64,000 nucleotides of DNA. Source: Lama guanicoe (taxonomy: Eukaryota). Each line of letters begins with the position of its first letter. Within the stretch, counting starts at the first letter, position 1. Made by a program: the position numbers and the translations under genes. The notes under the pieces are model-generated. The model was not told the origin of the DNA. It saw only the letters and a program-made list of their open reading frames with translations, and made no database searches. Shown here one piece after another: positions 25,801-39,880 of this stretch. The stretch covers positions 10,117,175 to 10,181,174 of the forward strand of contig MU056000.1 of assembly GCA_013239625.1 (NCBI GenBank), given 5' to 3'.

Positions 25801-27469
25801 TTGGGAACTGCTGATGTATTTATGTATGTGAAAATCATTGTAAAATTTTAGCTAAGCTGTCATCCTGAGACTGTCCCCCTCCCCTTTTTTTACGTAACAG
25901 CAGATTTTCATTCCCCTCACTCTTCCCTTGCTGTGAACAGTTGCATTTAAGCATTATCAGCATTAAAAACATATTTGGGAGGAAATCCAAGCCAAGCATC
26001 TGTTAAGCAGCCAGACATTCTCCAAAAACCCTTTCAGCTGTAAGCAGTGGGTGTGTGCGCCTTGTCCCCTTCCACACACTCAGAGGCTGGCTGCCTGCGT
26101 TCTTTGGGGAGGGGTGGGTAGGAGAGGGGGTGGTTCCTCCGCAGACTTTTAGACAAGGGGGAAGGGCATGGGGAGGGGAGAGACTACCTGTGTTTCAACA
26201 AAGGCATCAAGTTCTATGTTGTAGAAAACAAGACCCCAGTTACCAACATCTGATAAAATTCTGTAAGTCTAGTAATTGGTTTGAATTTGAGAGGATATTA
26301 AACTTGGATTTTTCTCCCCACTTTCTTTCTTTCTTTCTTTCATTTTTTCCCCCTCTTAGTACAGCCTAGATGGCATTTCTTCATTAAAGCTGTTGGCAAA
26401 ACCCATTTTAGATACAATATGATACAAGTTTGAAGTTTACATTATTTTCTCATGAACTGTGAAACAGAAGTTTGTAAGAGTTGTTTTTGGGTTCCTAGAG
26501 TGTGACTGGTTAAGTACTGGTGATAGTTTTTTAGAGAAATAGTGATGCATTTCAGTACATTGAAAGGAGCAAAAATGTTATTTTAATTCTCTTTTTTTGT
26601 TATTTATCAGTGTTAAATTGAGGCTTTTTTTTTTTCTTTCCCTACTGAGCTTATTTTTGGTGAAGACCACTAAAGCAGTTTGAGGGCCTTATTCAAAGAG
26701 GAGTCTTTTCCAGAGACCTTTCTTTCATATTAACTTACAACAGGCTTTGTTTTGGGCCTGTCTCATCTATATTTGAATTCACAGTTAATGTGTAATTATC
26801 TCTTGAGCATCATAAATTTCCTTATAATAGAGAATTAAATGATACTGATTTAGGGAAACCAAATAGAAATTACGGAGTAGGCAGATTTTGTGATCTTTTA
26901 CTAATCTTTGGTATGATCATAAAATCTGTCCGTAGTAAAACCAGCACTGTTTTAGGATGGCCTTTAGCAGGTGCCATGGGAGCAGGCTGGAGGGAGTGGA
27001 GAGAGTCAGCTGTTACTCCCGACTTGAGACTGTGTGTTTTAAAAAAGTTTTTAGAACCTTTTATTTATTTGAAACTTGAGTTCTGTATAGACTGATTTTT
27101 ATAATGTTGGACTTAGAGAACTTTCAGATTCTAAAACTGATTTTTTTAGCATTATTTGCATTTGTATTTCATCACTTTAAATAGCACAATTTGAAGAAGA
27201 CAAAGCAGTAACAACTAAAACATGAATTTGATCATTTTAGGTTCTTGTTTCTTCTCTGGGCTCAGACACACTGTAATTGTCTTTGCTTCTGCTTTAACAC
27301 GTTAGGTAGGATGTGCTGGTTGTATTAGTAGTGGAGTCTCTTGATGCCACATGAAGGACAAATTATATTCCATGAAAGCTTGGAATCTTTTTGTAACAGT
27401 GCAATAAATTTGAGTGCTATGATTTTTACTAAAATTGAAGTAAATTATATTACTCTGACAGCATTCTTA

Positions 27470-27700
27470 ATATAATAATAATGACAGCCACTAACCTCAG
27501 TCACTTACGGTACTTAGCAAATGCCAGGCATTGGTCTGCATTCTTGACTTGTATTAACTCTAACCCCCGGTGCTGTGCCACAGGCTGGACATACTGTTTC
27601 ACAGATGTGGAAACTGAGGTTCAGAGAGGTTAGGTGACTTACTCAAGGCCACACAGCCCTTGTGTGGCAGAGCCGGGCTTGGAATCCAAGTGGTATGGTC
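27470..27700 (-). mobile_element. MIR (MIRb-like) SINE
   Basis: tttcacagatgtggaaactgaggttcagagaggttaggtgacttactcaaggccacacagc is the MIR core. Confidence 0.9.
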
Positions 27701-29099
27701 TTACTTCTGTGTCCTTGCCCACGTGCAGCTGTTCTGCTTGATGTTTTCAGCTGGCTGACGGACAGTTCTTTCCTCTGCTACATTACTATGACCGTACAAT
27801 ATGAATATACGTATCTACGTATGCAACAGAGATACGCTGAATCATTATCTTTTCTCAACCCGTGTATCTTACATAGAATGTGTCCTTAGCAAAGAACACA
27901 TAGAAGACCGATCCTATGGAAATCTGAAGTCTCGTCGATTTTTATGATTAAAAATATGATGACCATTGATACGGTTTTTTCTTTGGGGAATCCTCACAGG
28001 AAGAAAAAATAAAGTGTTGTCTGCCAGTCATGGAGGACCGTGTGCTTCTATCTCCATACTCTCTAACAAGAGAATATTAGGAGGAATGCATAGTAACGTG
28101 GGGCCTTTTAATCCCCTCTTTGATTGTTCAGGCAGCCAACCCTTAATTTCCCACATTGTTGGAGAATTAACTAGAAACAGGAGATACAGTCCCCACCTCT
28201 GTGGACTCCCTCTCTACTTGGAAAGGTGAATTGTCGGGGGACCATGAATCACACACCTGGTCAGTAAGTTCCAGCTGAGGAGACTTTCAGGACAGACGCG
28301 CACAGCGATGAGAGTCCCCAGGTGCGGGATGGACACTGTCTTCCCTCCCCCAGTGCCAGAGCCAGCTCGCAGGTGTGCAGCGGAGACTTCCGGGCCTTCT
28401 CACCCCTCCCTCGCGGCTCCTTTCTGGCTTCTCTCTTTTTCGGTAGTGTTTTGGGTGTTTGCACATCTGTCCCCGCCTCTGACATCACCCTCCCTTTCCT
28501 CTTCATCCACATTTACCTTCTTTCCTCCACCTTTAGTCCATACCTTAGAAAGAATTTTTTTTAAGTTTGATTTTGATTCAAGGCCCTATTCCTTAATGCT
28601 AGTAAACTTTCCCCACACCCTCCTTAAGTTACTCTTAGCCTCCAGAGTTCTTGATTGGTTTTTCTTTGTTCGTAGTCCTTGATTTTAAAAAGTTTTCACA
28701 TACCTGTGCCACTTTTATTATGAGGGCCTTTTGATTTAGAAAATGATTTTTTGGAAGATATTGCACTTCACATAGAGATGATAATGACAAAACAGTGTCT
28801 TAGAATGAACAGAGTATCTAGGTTTGAAAAAAATTATTCAGCAGGAGGCTATAAGCCAAGCTAGTTTTTCCTCCCCAGCATTGTTTTTCTCATACATTTG
28901 TAAGGAAAACATATGCCGTGAAAATAATTAGGTGCATTAAAAGGCCATATGGACTTTTGTGTGCATGGCAGGGTTTTTTTTTCCTTAATTGTGTACATTT
29001 TTCATTAGTTTTTGTTTTGTATGATTAGTTTTTGGTATAGGCATGCCAGCAGCCTAAAGCCTCCTCATTCATCAAATAAAGGATAAAAAAAAATAGCAA

Positions 29100-29270
29100 A
29101 GGCCTTGTTTGAGCTTTCCACCTGCTAGTGCGCCGGCACCACCACCGCCACCGTGTGCAGCGGGGCCGGGCGGCGGAGGGCTCCTGGTGAGGAGAAGTGA
29201 CTCAGATCCTGCCCGGGGCCTGGCTGGCTGCACTGCTCGGTCACTGCCCGATGGAGGGGAGCTCATTTAC
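29100..29270. promoter_or_regulatory. Short GC/CpG-rich patch with GC box and AP-1 site (candidate enhancer)
   Basis: CpG-dense gccgggcggcggaggg and TGACTCA at 29198-29204, within AT-rich flanks. Confidence 0.4.
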
Positions 29271-32200
29271 CATTTCATGCTTTGGGCCCATTAGTTAAAA
29301 TAAGGAAAATAAAACATAATGGAAAAAGTTTTGAGGTCTTGAATAGAGCACTTTAACCCAGGACTTGATGTTTCTTTCATGTAGGTAGATCCTAATACAC
29401 TAAAAAATATAACCTATTTTTCAAAAAAGACGGTTATTTTGCATTTGAAGTTGCCAGCTTCAGGAATGCATTCTGAGGTGGTGATTTTTAATTTAAGCGT
29501 TCGGTATAAAAGTGCATAGGATTTCAGGTCTGTGGTTCAGCTGTGTCTGCGTCCTTCTTCTAAGGCTCTCAGAGATGTAGCATTTTCACAGTACATGTAG
29601 AATACTTACAAGCAACTTATGGCCAACTTTACTGAATTGGTTATTTACTTTCTAGAATGAGTTTTCCTACAGCATTGATACTGGTGGCTTGGCTCTCAGG
29701 CCAGCCCCTATAAAACAACCTAACCTGTAATATCATTGAACTATTGTATTAAGAATATTAGAGAAAATAAACAGTGATCATTAATAGAGATTTGAAGCTC
29801 TGATGGGCCAGTGGGACCAACCGCATTCGCCCCTCACTGAAGCCCATGTGGCAAGAAACAGAACCGTGGTCAGTGGCCAGGAACTCCGTGCTCCGCTCCT
29901 TGTCATCAGCTTCGGAAGTAGCAGTTCCTGGTGCATTCTGGTGGGTCCATCAGGAATGGGCCCCGCTCTGGTAGGGACATTGCAATCACCAAAGCTGGAG
30001 TGCAGGGTGAATGACGCTTGGGGCTTGCATGAGAGTCAGCTGGAAGCTGAGTATTTAAACGCTAAGTGTACAAAATTCCCTGCAGCAGACACTGAAATAT
30101 TACTGACATAAAGTTTGAAAAAGGTAGTGAATCTTTTGGGTCAGTGACAAGGTAGCATTTGTTGTGATACAGTGTCTCTAACATTACTCCTGTGTGACTG
30201 TTTCACCATTCTTAGCTTGTAACAGCCACTCGCCATCCTGTGGTAGATCCACTTGTCCATGGTATTGAATTTGGTTTTTGTAAAAGCTCATTTGCACCTG
30301 TTGAAAATGCTGGCATAATTTCTACATTGGTCAACCCCAGAAATCTGAGCCCTTCTTTCACTGACGCTTCTTATTTCAGCTAGAACATTCTTTCTGAATG
30401 TGTGTGCTAGGATCAGGGTGAGTGCACAGTTTTCAAATGGTTCAGCCTTTTTCTGCAACAACGAAGCTTCTGATTCGGGGGAGTGCCTCCAGTTCCTCCA
30501 TCTCCTCCTTTACTTTTGAATTAAGAAGAGAAGGGCTTAGATTTTTTTTTTTTATTTGAGGCAGCTGCTAACAAAAATCATGTTTTCTTAAGAGCTGTGC
30601 TTGTCAGCGTGTAGTGATGGTGTATGTCGGCCCAAGCTGGGGACAGTTCTACTGGGATGAGTGGGCGATGCTGAGGCATGGAAGAGGTTCCCTATGCCCA
30701 TCAGTGACCTTTGCAGCAGACCGTTCCTGTCCCCAGAGTGGTTTGTAAGGCTGTCTCTGCCTGTGCACACAGAGGCTATTGAGAAGAGCAAGTGGGTAAA
30801 GGGTGTGAGGGGGGTTGCCTTGTGCTCCAGGATTTGGATAGTTGCTAGCCTGTTGTCACCACTGCCACCCAGGGGTTCAACCTCTGAAAGCCCAATTTGC
30901 CAAATGATTCCCATTCTAGTTAAATGATGCAGGCTCTGGAATCAGCTCTTCTGAGTGTTGAATATACTTGGCATCTGCTTCTAAATAGGAAAAGATTGAA
31001 GCTACCTAAGCACAGAGTGTATGTTAAGTACTGCCCGATTGTTCTGGAATGTAACTCTTAGGTAATAATATAATGAGAGAAACACTCATCATCCAGCCCC
31101 TTGATTTATTTAAACCCCTTGTAAATTTTACTTGCCCTCTCACCTTAAGCCATTTATTTTATCTGATAAGGAGTTATAAACACTGTTTTATTGTATCCTT
31201 TGACTCAATTTAAATCACAAGATGAAAGTTCAAAGTAAACAGAATGCCTTTTTAAGTAGAAAAATAAAATGTAACTTAAGTTCAGGATCAACAGTACTAA
31301 AGTTTCGGTATCTCCTTTCTCTTAAATTTAAAACTTGATTTATTAGACATTAAAGTAGGTGGGAATTCTCAGGTTTAATAACACCCAGGGCTGAGGAGTA
31401 CCATGCTTGTGGAACTTAATATCTTTGTCAGTGTTTTAAAACAGCAAGTCCATCCATAAAGTCTCATCTCCACTTTCCTGAGCTGTTGGGATGTGGGAAG
31501 GATAAAAGGGGGATGGGGCCAGCTTTGTTCCGCCTGTATCCACCTCTTGGTAGCTTCACAGGTAGGCCCAAAGCTGTCAGTTTTCTGCAGGGTATTAGAA
31601 CCGAGGTGCTCTAGGTATTAAGGGCCCAGCCCAGCCCAGCCCAGCCCAATCCAAAAATGTCACTTTTTCATCCAACTCCAAACCTGCATCTTCCCTGGTT
31701 CAGCCATTTCTACAGAGCAAGCATATTGTTTATTCTTCAGCTCTCCTCTCTCCAGTCCCACCTCCACTCACCCTGCTCACTCCCCTCTGCATGGGGCTGG
31801 GGACCTGGGACGGGGAGGTGGTGGGTACGTGGGCATGAAGGGTAACATCTCTTGGCTGTTAATGCTGCTATTATTTTATTCTCCCTGATCCCATCTCTGC
31901 AGCTGTCTGTTGGTTCTTCAGAGACATCCCCTCCCCCACCTCCCAGAATGTTCCTAAATTCTGGTGAGGCACATTCCAGGTGGCCTTTTACAGCTCCCCT
32001 CCAGAGTCTCTCCTGGAGGTGCACCCCGCTCCCTACTGCCCCTGCCCCACTAGCCTGGCCCGGCTGCTCTCAGGGCCTCTCCATGGTCCCTCTGCCCTCA
32101 CCAGCAGGATGTGTGTCTGCCCAGACTGGAAGGTGTGGGCTGCAGAGTTTGCTGCCCTCTCTCCTCCCCCGACCTCAGCCTGCTGGGCAGGGGCTGGTGC

Positions 32201-35200
32201 CAGGAAACCCCACAGAGATGTGCCTGGGGCCTGGCGTTGGAATGCCTGGGCACTTCCCCCATCTGCCCTGGCTTCAGGCCTGAGCCAGGTTCAGGGTAAT
32301 GGGGATGTCCTGGTACTGTCACATTTGGGAATCTGGACTTTGCTGCCATAATCCCTTGTTTTGAGGAATGGGTGAAAACCGCAGAATTATAGGGAAGATC
32401 GGTCTGAGTTACAGAAAAATTTAATGTGTAACTCATTTACAGTTGCAGTTGATACACAGCTTTACATGAACAGTTTTGTTAATTCTTGTATTCTGTTACA
32501 GTAAAAAATAAGTCTTTTAAGAAATTCATTCTTATAGTTTAACTCAGAAATTGAAATTACATTATAGAAATTCTTAATCACTTGAACCTTGTTTTGGAAA
32601 ATGCGCTGAATTTTGTGGTCGTTTTCTTACAGGACGCACATGCGCACATACACATACACATACCCATACACCGTCTAGATTAGTAATGTAAATTTCCATT
32701 GTGTAAATTAAAATGTACCTTGACTTTGTCTCGTGACTCTACAGTCTGTATTGAGAGAGCACACCATTTGGACAGCAAAGTTCACAAGTTAGAATCTGTG
32801 GACTTAGATATCTCAATAAAAAAGATGAGCTACTTGCTGGCCTTTAGCTCTGCTTGGTTTTAGCTTTTGAGTATAGGAAATTTAGATGCATCTTACACTT
32901 CATGATATATTAGGAAATCATGGGGTTAGAAATTGGTAATACACCAAGTTAAAATGATAAAAGCTGTTGAAGGAATCATGCACTTATGTTATAACTTATG
33001 TTATTGCCTTCCCACTTTTTTTTTTTATTAGAAAGAGATAGAATGTCCAATCTTAGGCTTTAGGTAACTGAAATTCCGTGTCATTCCATTTTGTTAAAAC
33101 AGCTGCTGTTGAAGTGTGTTGAATGCATTTGCGTACTATTGACTGCCGCTTCAAAATGACGTTGAGTAGATTAGGAAAGTAAAATACATTGATTTGAACC
33201 GTTCATTACTTTGATGGTTAATTTTATATTAATGCATAGATTGAAAATACATGGAAATGTTGCAGCCTGGGCCCCAGGCAGTGTCTTTGCTCCCGATGCT
33301 ATGCTGTAGGGGAGGAGCCCCGGGTCCTGCCTGAGCAGAGGGCAGCTCGTGCCTGTGCCTCTGCCCCCCTCCCCCAGGGTGGGCCCCCCATTAGCACTGC
33401 CCAGCATGAGCATCTGCCTGTCCTGTACAGACAAGAGGATGGCTCCTTCATGGTCAGGAACTGGTCTTTTCAGATGCGCATCATCAGAGCTGACGCTGTC
33501 TGCACGCTGTGGGTGCTCAGTGCTGTGCCCACTTGTCCTTAATCCCGAGAGCAAGTCTACACCTAAGACATTCTTGTCCCCATTTGATAGACGAAAACCC
33601 TGGTGCACTAAGGAGTTTATTAACTTGCACGTGATACTTCTGGGGTTTGATTCCAAGCCTGACTGACTGCCCGAAGGCAATGATCTCTCCTACTATTCTG
33701 AGCCCCCTGTAAAAAAGATCTGCCAAGCCCCTGGCACAGACGCTACACTCAACACAGGTGAGCGAGACGTGGTTCTACCCTGAGCGCTCACAGGTCAGGA
33801 TTAGTCAAGGAGTCCCGGACCTGCTAACCTCGAGGTCCACAGAGGGCTGGCTGGCTGCGGGTAGTTGACCTATATGTTGTTTCATAGAGGCAGCCACGTG
33901 GCTTCTCCATTGAAGAAAGTGGGAGCCTTGTTGGTAAGGCAGGTTGGAATTGCAGAGGTTGAAAATTTTGATTTCTGAGCACTAGAGCCATCCTAGGTGC
34001 TGGGTGAGAGGTGTTACCCTTTTGCAGCTGCCCATCACTCCAGGCTAAGGCTGATTTACAAAGGGAGGTGTGAGACGGGCAACCTCCTCAAGACTTTGGC
34101 TTGAAAAACAGCTGCACTTGCAGGACTCTGGAGGAGGGAATTACCGATGGAGAGTGTGTCCAGTGGCTCAGGCTTCATTTGTCCTGTTGTGCGAGTTTAA
34201 TTGCATATGTTGAGTTCAAGCAGGTGGACAGACCCCTCGGCACAAATACTGGGTCTCCAGGGCTGGGGAGTGAGCTTTAATCAAGGCAGCCATAAAGGGC
34301 AGGCTTGTTTGCTCGCGGTGCACGTTTGGTGAGCAGAGTGCTCGGTAATAACGTCATTCTCAGCCGACTCCTGGCCTGCTTGTTTAATAGAATCATCTTA
34401 AAATGAGCAGAGCAGCGCGGAACCCACGATGACCTGCCTGGGGGCTGGTTGGAGGACGTGCCCGGGCTCGGCTCTGTGACACCCAGCACAGCTCCGTCCT
34501 CCAGTGGACTGAACGTGGAGACCATGTGTAAATCAGTCAGTACGCCACCTGCCCGAGATAGAGCACTGAGGCAGGTCTGGAATAAGAACAGATATTCTGC
34601 CGATTTCTTACCTAGTTCACGAAAACCCCTTATTTTCCTTCCCTTTCCAGTTTTAGGAATTACCCTGTTAAGAACAATTGTGCTCGAGAAGGCACAGGGA
34701 AATGATGAATATGAATTTGTTGGCGAATGTAAGCTGCTCGATTTTATCATCTTGGGGGCATGTTTTATTTTTGACACAAAGAAAGGAGAAGGGGATTTTC
34801 ACCAACAGAAGCTGCCGCCTCTCACACAGCTCTGTGCACTGCTTAGACTAGCGAGCAGTTGCTTCTCCCGCAGCCCGGCTCTGCACAAAGGGGATGATGT
34901 AATCTTTTCACTGCCGGCCACGTGGCCTGCATGCCGTAGTCACTGTCTTCAAGCGGACACCTCTGTGCTCGCTGCCTGGAGCGACTGTGCGTTTGGAATC
35001 GAATTGCATTCCTTCTCCTTGCCCAGGCTGGCCTTCTTCACCTGTATATCCACATGTGTGCCTTTGTGCTCCTGGGTAGTGCGGGTGGCTTTTTTTGTAG
35101 AAAAATGACCAGAGTAGCATGTTGTAGAGAGCCGTGTGGGTTGTGTGTGCACATTTAAAATTGGGGGAGAGGACACTGTTGCCACTAGCAACCACTTGCC

Positions 35201-38104
35201 TGTTTATTAGAGGGGTGAAATACCCACGGCTCAGGCTCCCCCTTAAAGCTTTCTGGTGAGAGCTGACCGCGGTTCACCTGCGCCTGGGCACCCGAGTCGG
35301 GTGAGCAGACAGACCGCGCTGCGTGCAGCTGCATGAACATGGAAGCGCATCCTTTCCAACTGAATGACTCCTACCACGGGTGCTGCCTTTCGGTTGTCCT
35401 TCCTCCGTGGTCGTCACTCCATCCTGTTGATTTAGGGCAGTGACCGCTGCTGTGGACTGCACCCTTGTTTGTTCAGCTTTGGGTTAAACGCTTTTCCTGC
35501 ATTTGCTCATTAGATTCTGCCAGTAGCTTCTGAAACACACGGATTACAGAGGTGGAAACTGCAGCTGGTGGAGGGGGGGTGCTTTGCTGCCCAGAAGACA
35601 GAGACAGGCTGGGGAGCACCTTGCATTTCATCCCTGGTTCTTTCTTTCTCTAAAGGAAAGATTAGGTTGGGAGCATTCTTTCTCCTCACACCACCCTGGT
35701 GATTCTCTGGCCAGTTTTTAAGAGTCCCTGGGGCTGTGCGCCCTTGGCCACTGGGCTTTCATGACACCAAGATAGTTCTGCTCCCCTGGACCTGGCTTTC
35801 TGGGTGATGTGATTTTGGTGGTTAGGTACTATGACCTGAAATAGGAAATTACAAGATTTCCTTGATCTGGGGGCCCCATACCTCTAGGGACCTCACTGTT
35901 ACGCTGTATCAGCACTATTTTTAATCAGCATTTATAGGCTGCATATAAGGTGACAGAGTGTCTTAATCCCAGATTCTAAAACTGTCTTATTGAGAGAACT
36001 TGGAGCCTGAGTAGATGGGAGATGTAGAGGAGAGCTTACCTGCCTGCCTGTCACACACACGTTCCCTTGCATGGCCACCGTGCTCCTTGCCACAGGCTGG
36101 GACGGCCCGTCAGAAAGGTCGGGCTCTCTTCCTCTGGTGCAGGCTCAGGACAGGGGAGCAGAGAGCCAGGCTGTTGTGTCTTTATGTTTATTGACCTCAT
36201 GTTTATGGAGCACCATTGCCAGGCAGGTTTTGGCGCTTTACCTGTGTCATGTCATTGAATCCTCACCGTGTCCCCAGGAGGTGGAGACTGTCCTTGCAGG
36301 GAACGGCTGGGGCCTGGAATCCATCTGCAGAGGGACACAGAGGTGGAGGGAGCCGAGTTAATGGACGAAGCAGGTGCCGACGGAAGGCCTGGGATCAGGG
36401 AGAGATTATTCGAGAAAAAACTGTGTCTGTTTCAGTAAAATCAGAAGGGAGGGAAGTTTGCAGTAGAGGCATTTGGAGGTGGAAGGGAAGAAAAGTGAGC
36501 TTGTATCTTACCAGCTTGCTTTTCTTGATGAAATAAGAGGTGGCTGCCAGTGAAAGGGTGAGTCGAGGTCAGGGACTTGAGGGGGAGGAGTGGAGGAGCA
36601 GCTGCGGTGGTTCAGGTGGCCTGGTGGCCGGCAGCCCCTCACCACTGCCCATTCACCTGGGGTGTGGCTTTGTTTATGGGGGTGACCAACCTGGGAGATG
36701 ACAGTCAGGTCTAATCAGCACGTGATTCTGAAGGAGCCAACCTTTCAAGGATGTTCTTCCCAAGCTGTTATGTCTTTAGCCTTAACCAGATCCTGCAACA
36801 TAAGACATTGAAGTAAAAATAACCAGTTTGGCTTTGTTTGTGCTTGTTTACAACAGGAAAAGGCCACTTGCTTACTGATTTCTCAGTTACGGTAACTTGG
36901 TGTCTTGTTCAAGACTTCATCTCATTAAAAATTAGGTGTCTTTTGTGCGAGGCTCTTTGGAGACGTTTCCTGTGTGTCAGGGCCAGCTCTCCCATCCTGT
37001 CTGCTCCGATGGCTCTTCGTTCACGATCATTTTACAGCCAGTCCTTTTTCACCTCTCCCTGCCTGCCTGACCCGGAGCCTGGCCTTCTCTCCGCTCTGCC
37101 CGCCCTCAGGGCCACCTCCCCTCCTTGACGGGGACATATGTGCTGTTTTGCGCCTGCTGAGAGCCAGGCATGTCACTGTCCTCCCACAGGACGCCAGAGT
37201 GGCAGGCGTGCTCTGCGGGGCTGACCTCGGCTCCTCAGGTGGCCTCGCCTGCGTCACTGAGGGACTCAACGTGTGTTCTTGTTGTGGGGCCTGTTCCAAG
37301 GGGCACCCTCTGCTCTCTGATGTCATCTCCTGTAGAAGGGACAAAAGATGACAGAAGAGCCCAGGAAACGATAAAGCCATCCTTGAAAGTGCCTTTAAAA
37401 CCGACCTTTCCAGATCTGACGTTCTCCCATTTGACTGGCCTGCCTGTGTATGAACCCAGTATAGGAAGTTTTTATATTATTTATTTGTAAACCGAAGGCC
37501 TGGTTTCTGCAGTTCTGTCGGGTGAGCAGGGGGACAAGGTTCTGCCTCCTGGGCAGGTGTGCATCCTTCTGGCTTCTGCCAAGTCCATGGGGAGATGCCG
37601 CGGAGTGAGGCTGGCCACTGGGCAGACTCCTTGCAAGACTGACCTTCACATTTGGGGCTCCCAGACTCAGTGTTTGGCTGTACATGCAGCCACTGTCTAG
37701 GGAGCCTGGCCCCGAAACCATGAGTGGCAGTTTATTTGCTGAAGGAAACACCCTCTACATCAGCATGATTCTTACTCACTGATGCAGGTTACCCCGTCAG
37801 ATCCCTGTCTGTCCAGTGGGAGTTAAGAGGAACTTTGCTGAAGAAAAGGAAGTGCTGATTCCAGGGAGGCCAGGAGCTCTGCTCCAAAGGGTGTGTGTGC
37901 ACTGGAATCTCCCGAGTGCGGGAAGGAAATATCAAAAGCTTTTAAAAGATGCTTATTTATAGCTTATTATTTTCAAATGTCTATTTGGGGATGTGTAATA
38001 GACTGGTACAATAATATATTTATAACTTACAATTGGAGGCATGTAGGAAAATTCTTTGGTGATGGAATTCTTGAGCAAAAGCCCTGGAAGAACACTGCTT
38101 TAGG

Positions 38105-38470
38105 GGAACGGTTCTCAAAGTGTGGTTCCAGGATCCCATGGGCTCTCTGAGAACTTTGCGGGGAATCTGTGAGTTAAAGCTGTTTTCACAATAGGCAAAT
38201 ACAGCCTGAGTTTTTTTCTCACTCTGATTCTTTCCCGAGTGTCTCGTGATGTTTCCCAGTGGCTGCGTGGCATGCAGCATCGCAGCAGGTGAAAGGCAGA
38301 AGCAGGTGTGAGAATCCAGGTGTGTCCTACGAGGCCAGATGTTAAAGCCCGTCTCCAACGTGCAAAATGATGCCAGCCCTTTTCTGGCATCTTATTCTTA
38401 ATAGAAAGTCTTACTTATTTTAACATGTAATAGATTTATTATTATTACTTTTAAATAAATTAATTTTTAG
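38105..38470. mobile_element. hAT-Charlie DNA transposon remnant (Charlie4-like)
   Basis: Begins ggttctcaaagtgtggttcc; contains gcagaagcaggtgtgagaatccag..gccagatgttaaag, a Charlie-family motif. Confidence 0.6.
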
Positions 38471-39299
38471 CACTTTCTCAGGCTTAGTGTTTAGCAGAAG
38501 TATCCTTGTTAGGAATCTAGACACTATGTGGACAGACTGGATGACTGCAAGAGCCCACAAAATTCAAGGCTCTTTGGGTTCCTCAGTGACTTTTAAGTGT
38601 GTAGAGGTCTTGAGAGCAAACCTTTGAGAACTGCTCACTGTGTTAGGAGTCTGGTAGGTTTCTCTGGGTTGTGCAGTCCAGCAAGATGCCCACAAGAGGA
38701 GCCTGGGGAAGGAGGACCCTGCTGGTGGGGGGACAGGAAGGCGAGGGCCCCTTTGTACCTCTGCCTTGGCCCCCCTCCTCATTTCTGCTCCAGCCCACAC
38801 CAGTAGCACAGATGGGTTATTATATGGGGATCCCTGAGACCCTACGACCAACCTACAGCATTATTTCTGTGTGGAAAATCCATTCCTGAAATCCAGTAAC
38901 GGTGGACTAGCTGGCCAAGTTTTGAAACACAGGCCGTTGGGTGGTTAGAGACGGAGTTTCTGTGCAGGTCTCCACAGCAGTTCCTTTTTGGCAGTTACTC
39001 TCAAGGAGTCTTAAATAGGAGGAACTGTTCGGGGAATTCAGTTGAGATAGAAATAGAAAGGGAAACATCTGGGGTATCCTGTTCTTTCAGTCTCAAACTC
39101 TCAGGACAAAATGTGAACATCTAGTTTACTGTTCTATTAGCCCAGAGAGCATAGGACCCTAAAATTAATTTCAGACTAATCTCTCATCCAATAATGTGCT
39201 TGTTTTCACTTCCTTGTTCAAGTCATTTTGGTAAAAGGTACCAAATGGTTGCATCTTCAGACAAATACCCAGGCTCATCTGACAGACAAGCTTTAGAGA

Positions 39300-39880
39300 G
39301 GGTGTGGAGTCCAGCCATTTGGGAAAACAATTTGGCATCACCTAGTAAACTTGAAGAGGCACATAAACTGACCCAGCAGTTTCTCCCCTAGCCTGTGTCT
39401 CAGCTTGGAGATGCTCTGGAAGTGTTTTCTGGGATAAGTGGATAAGACTGTTCGTGGTGGCAGCATTTATAATAGCAAAAAGTGTTTACTCTGGGAGACA
39501 GAGTAAATGTCCGTTAACAAGACTGCGTAAGTAAGTTCGTGGAATAGTCACAGAGTAGAGCATTTAGTAGAGCTCAGCGTGCACATCAGTGTAGATTAAC
39601 CACTCACACAGACGAGTCACGAGAGAATGCTGCAGTGGGATTACATTCGTATGAAGCTCAAAGACAAGCAAAGAAGCAGTATGTCATGTCGCAGCAGATT
39701 CATAGATCGCAAACCTGTAAAGAAGAGCAAGGGAATGGTTATCCTGGAAGCCAGCATAGTGGTATATCTGGAGCCAGGAGGTGGGTACCATCAGACCACG
39801 ATTGTGGAGAAGGCTTCTAAGGTGCTGGCAGAGTCCTGGTTCCTAAACAGGATGGTGATTTCAAACATATACGTGTAATA
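39300..39880 (+). mobile_element. Ancient L1 (L1ME-like) fragment
   Basis: ttgggaaaacaatttggca..gacccagcagtt..gcagcatttataatagcaaaa..aaatgtcc correspond to L1 ORF2-end/3' UTR motifs. Confidence 0.7.

Noticed and set aside
31625..31648. (CCCAG)n short tandem repeat
   Set aside because: Only about 4-5 units; an ordinary simple repeat.
34449..35108. Longest ORF in the track (219 aa)
   Set aside because: Starts at a TTG, has no recognisable domain and no supporting splice structure; expected by chance in GC-richer intron.
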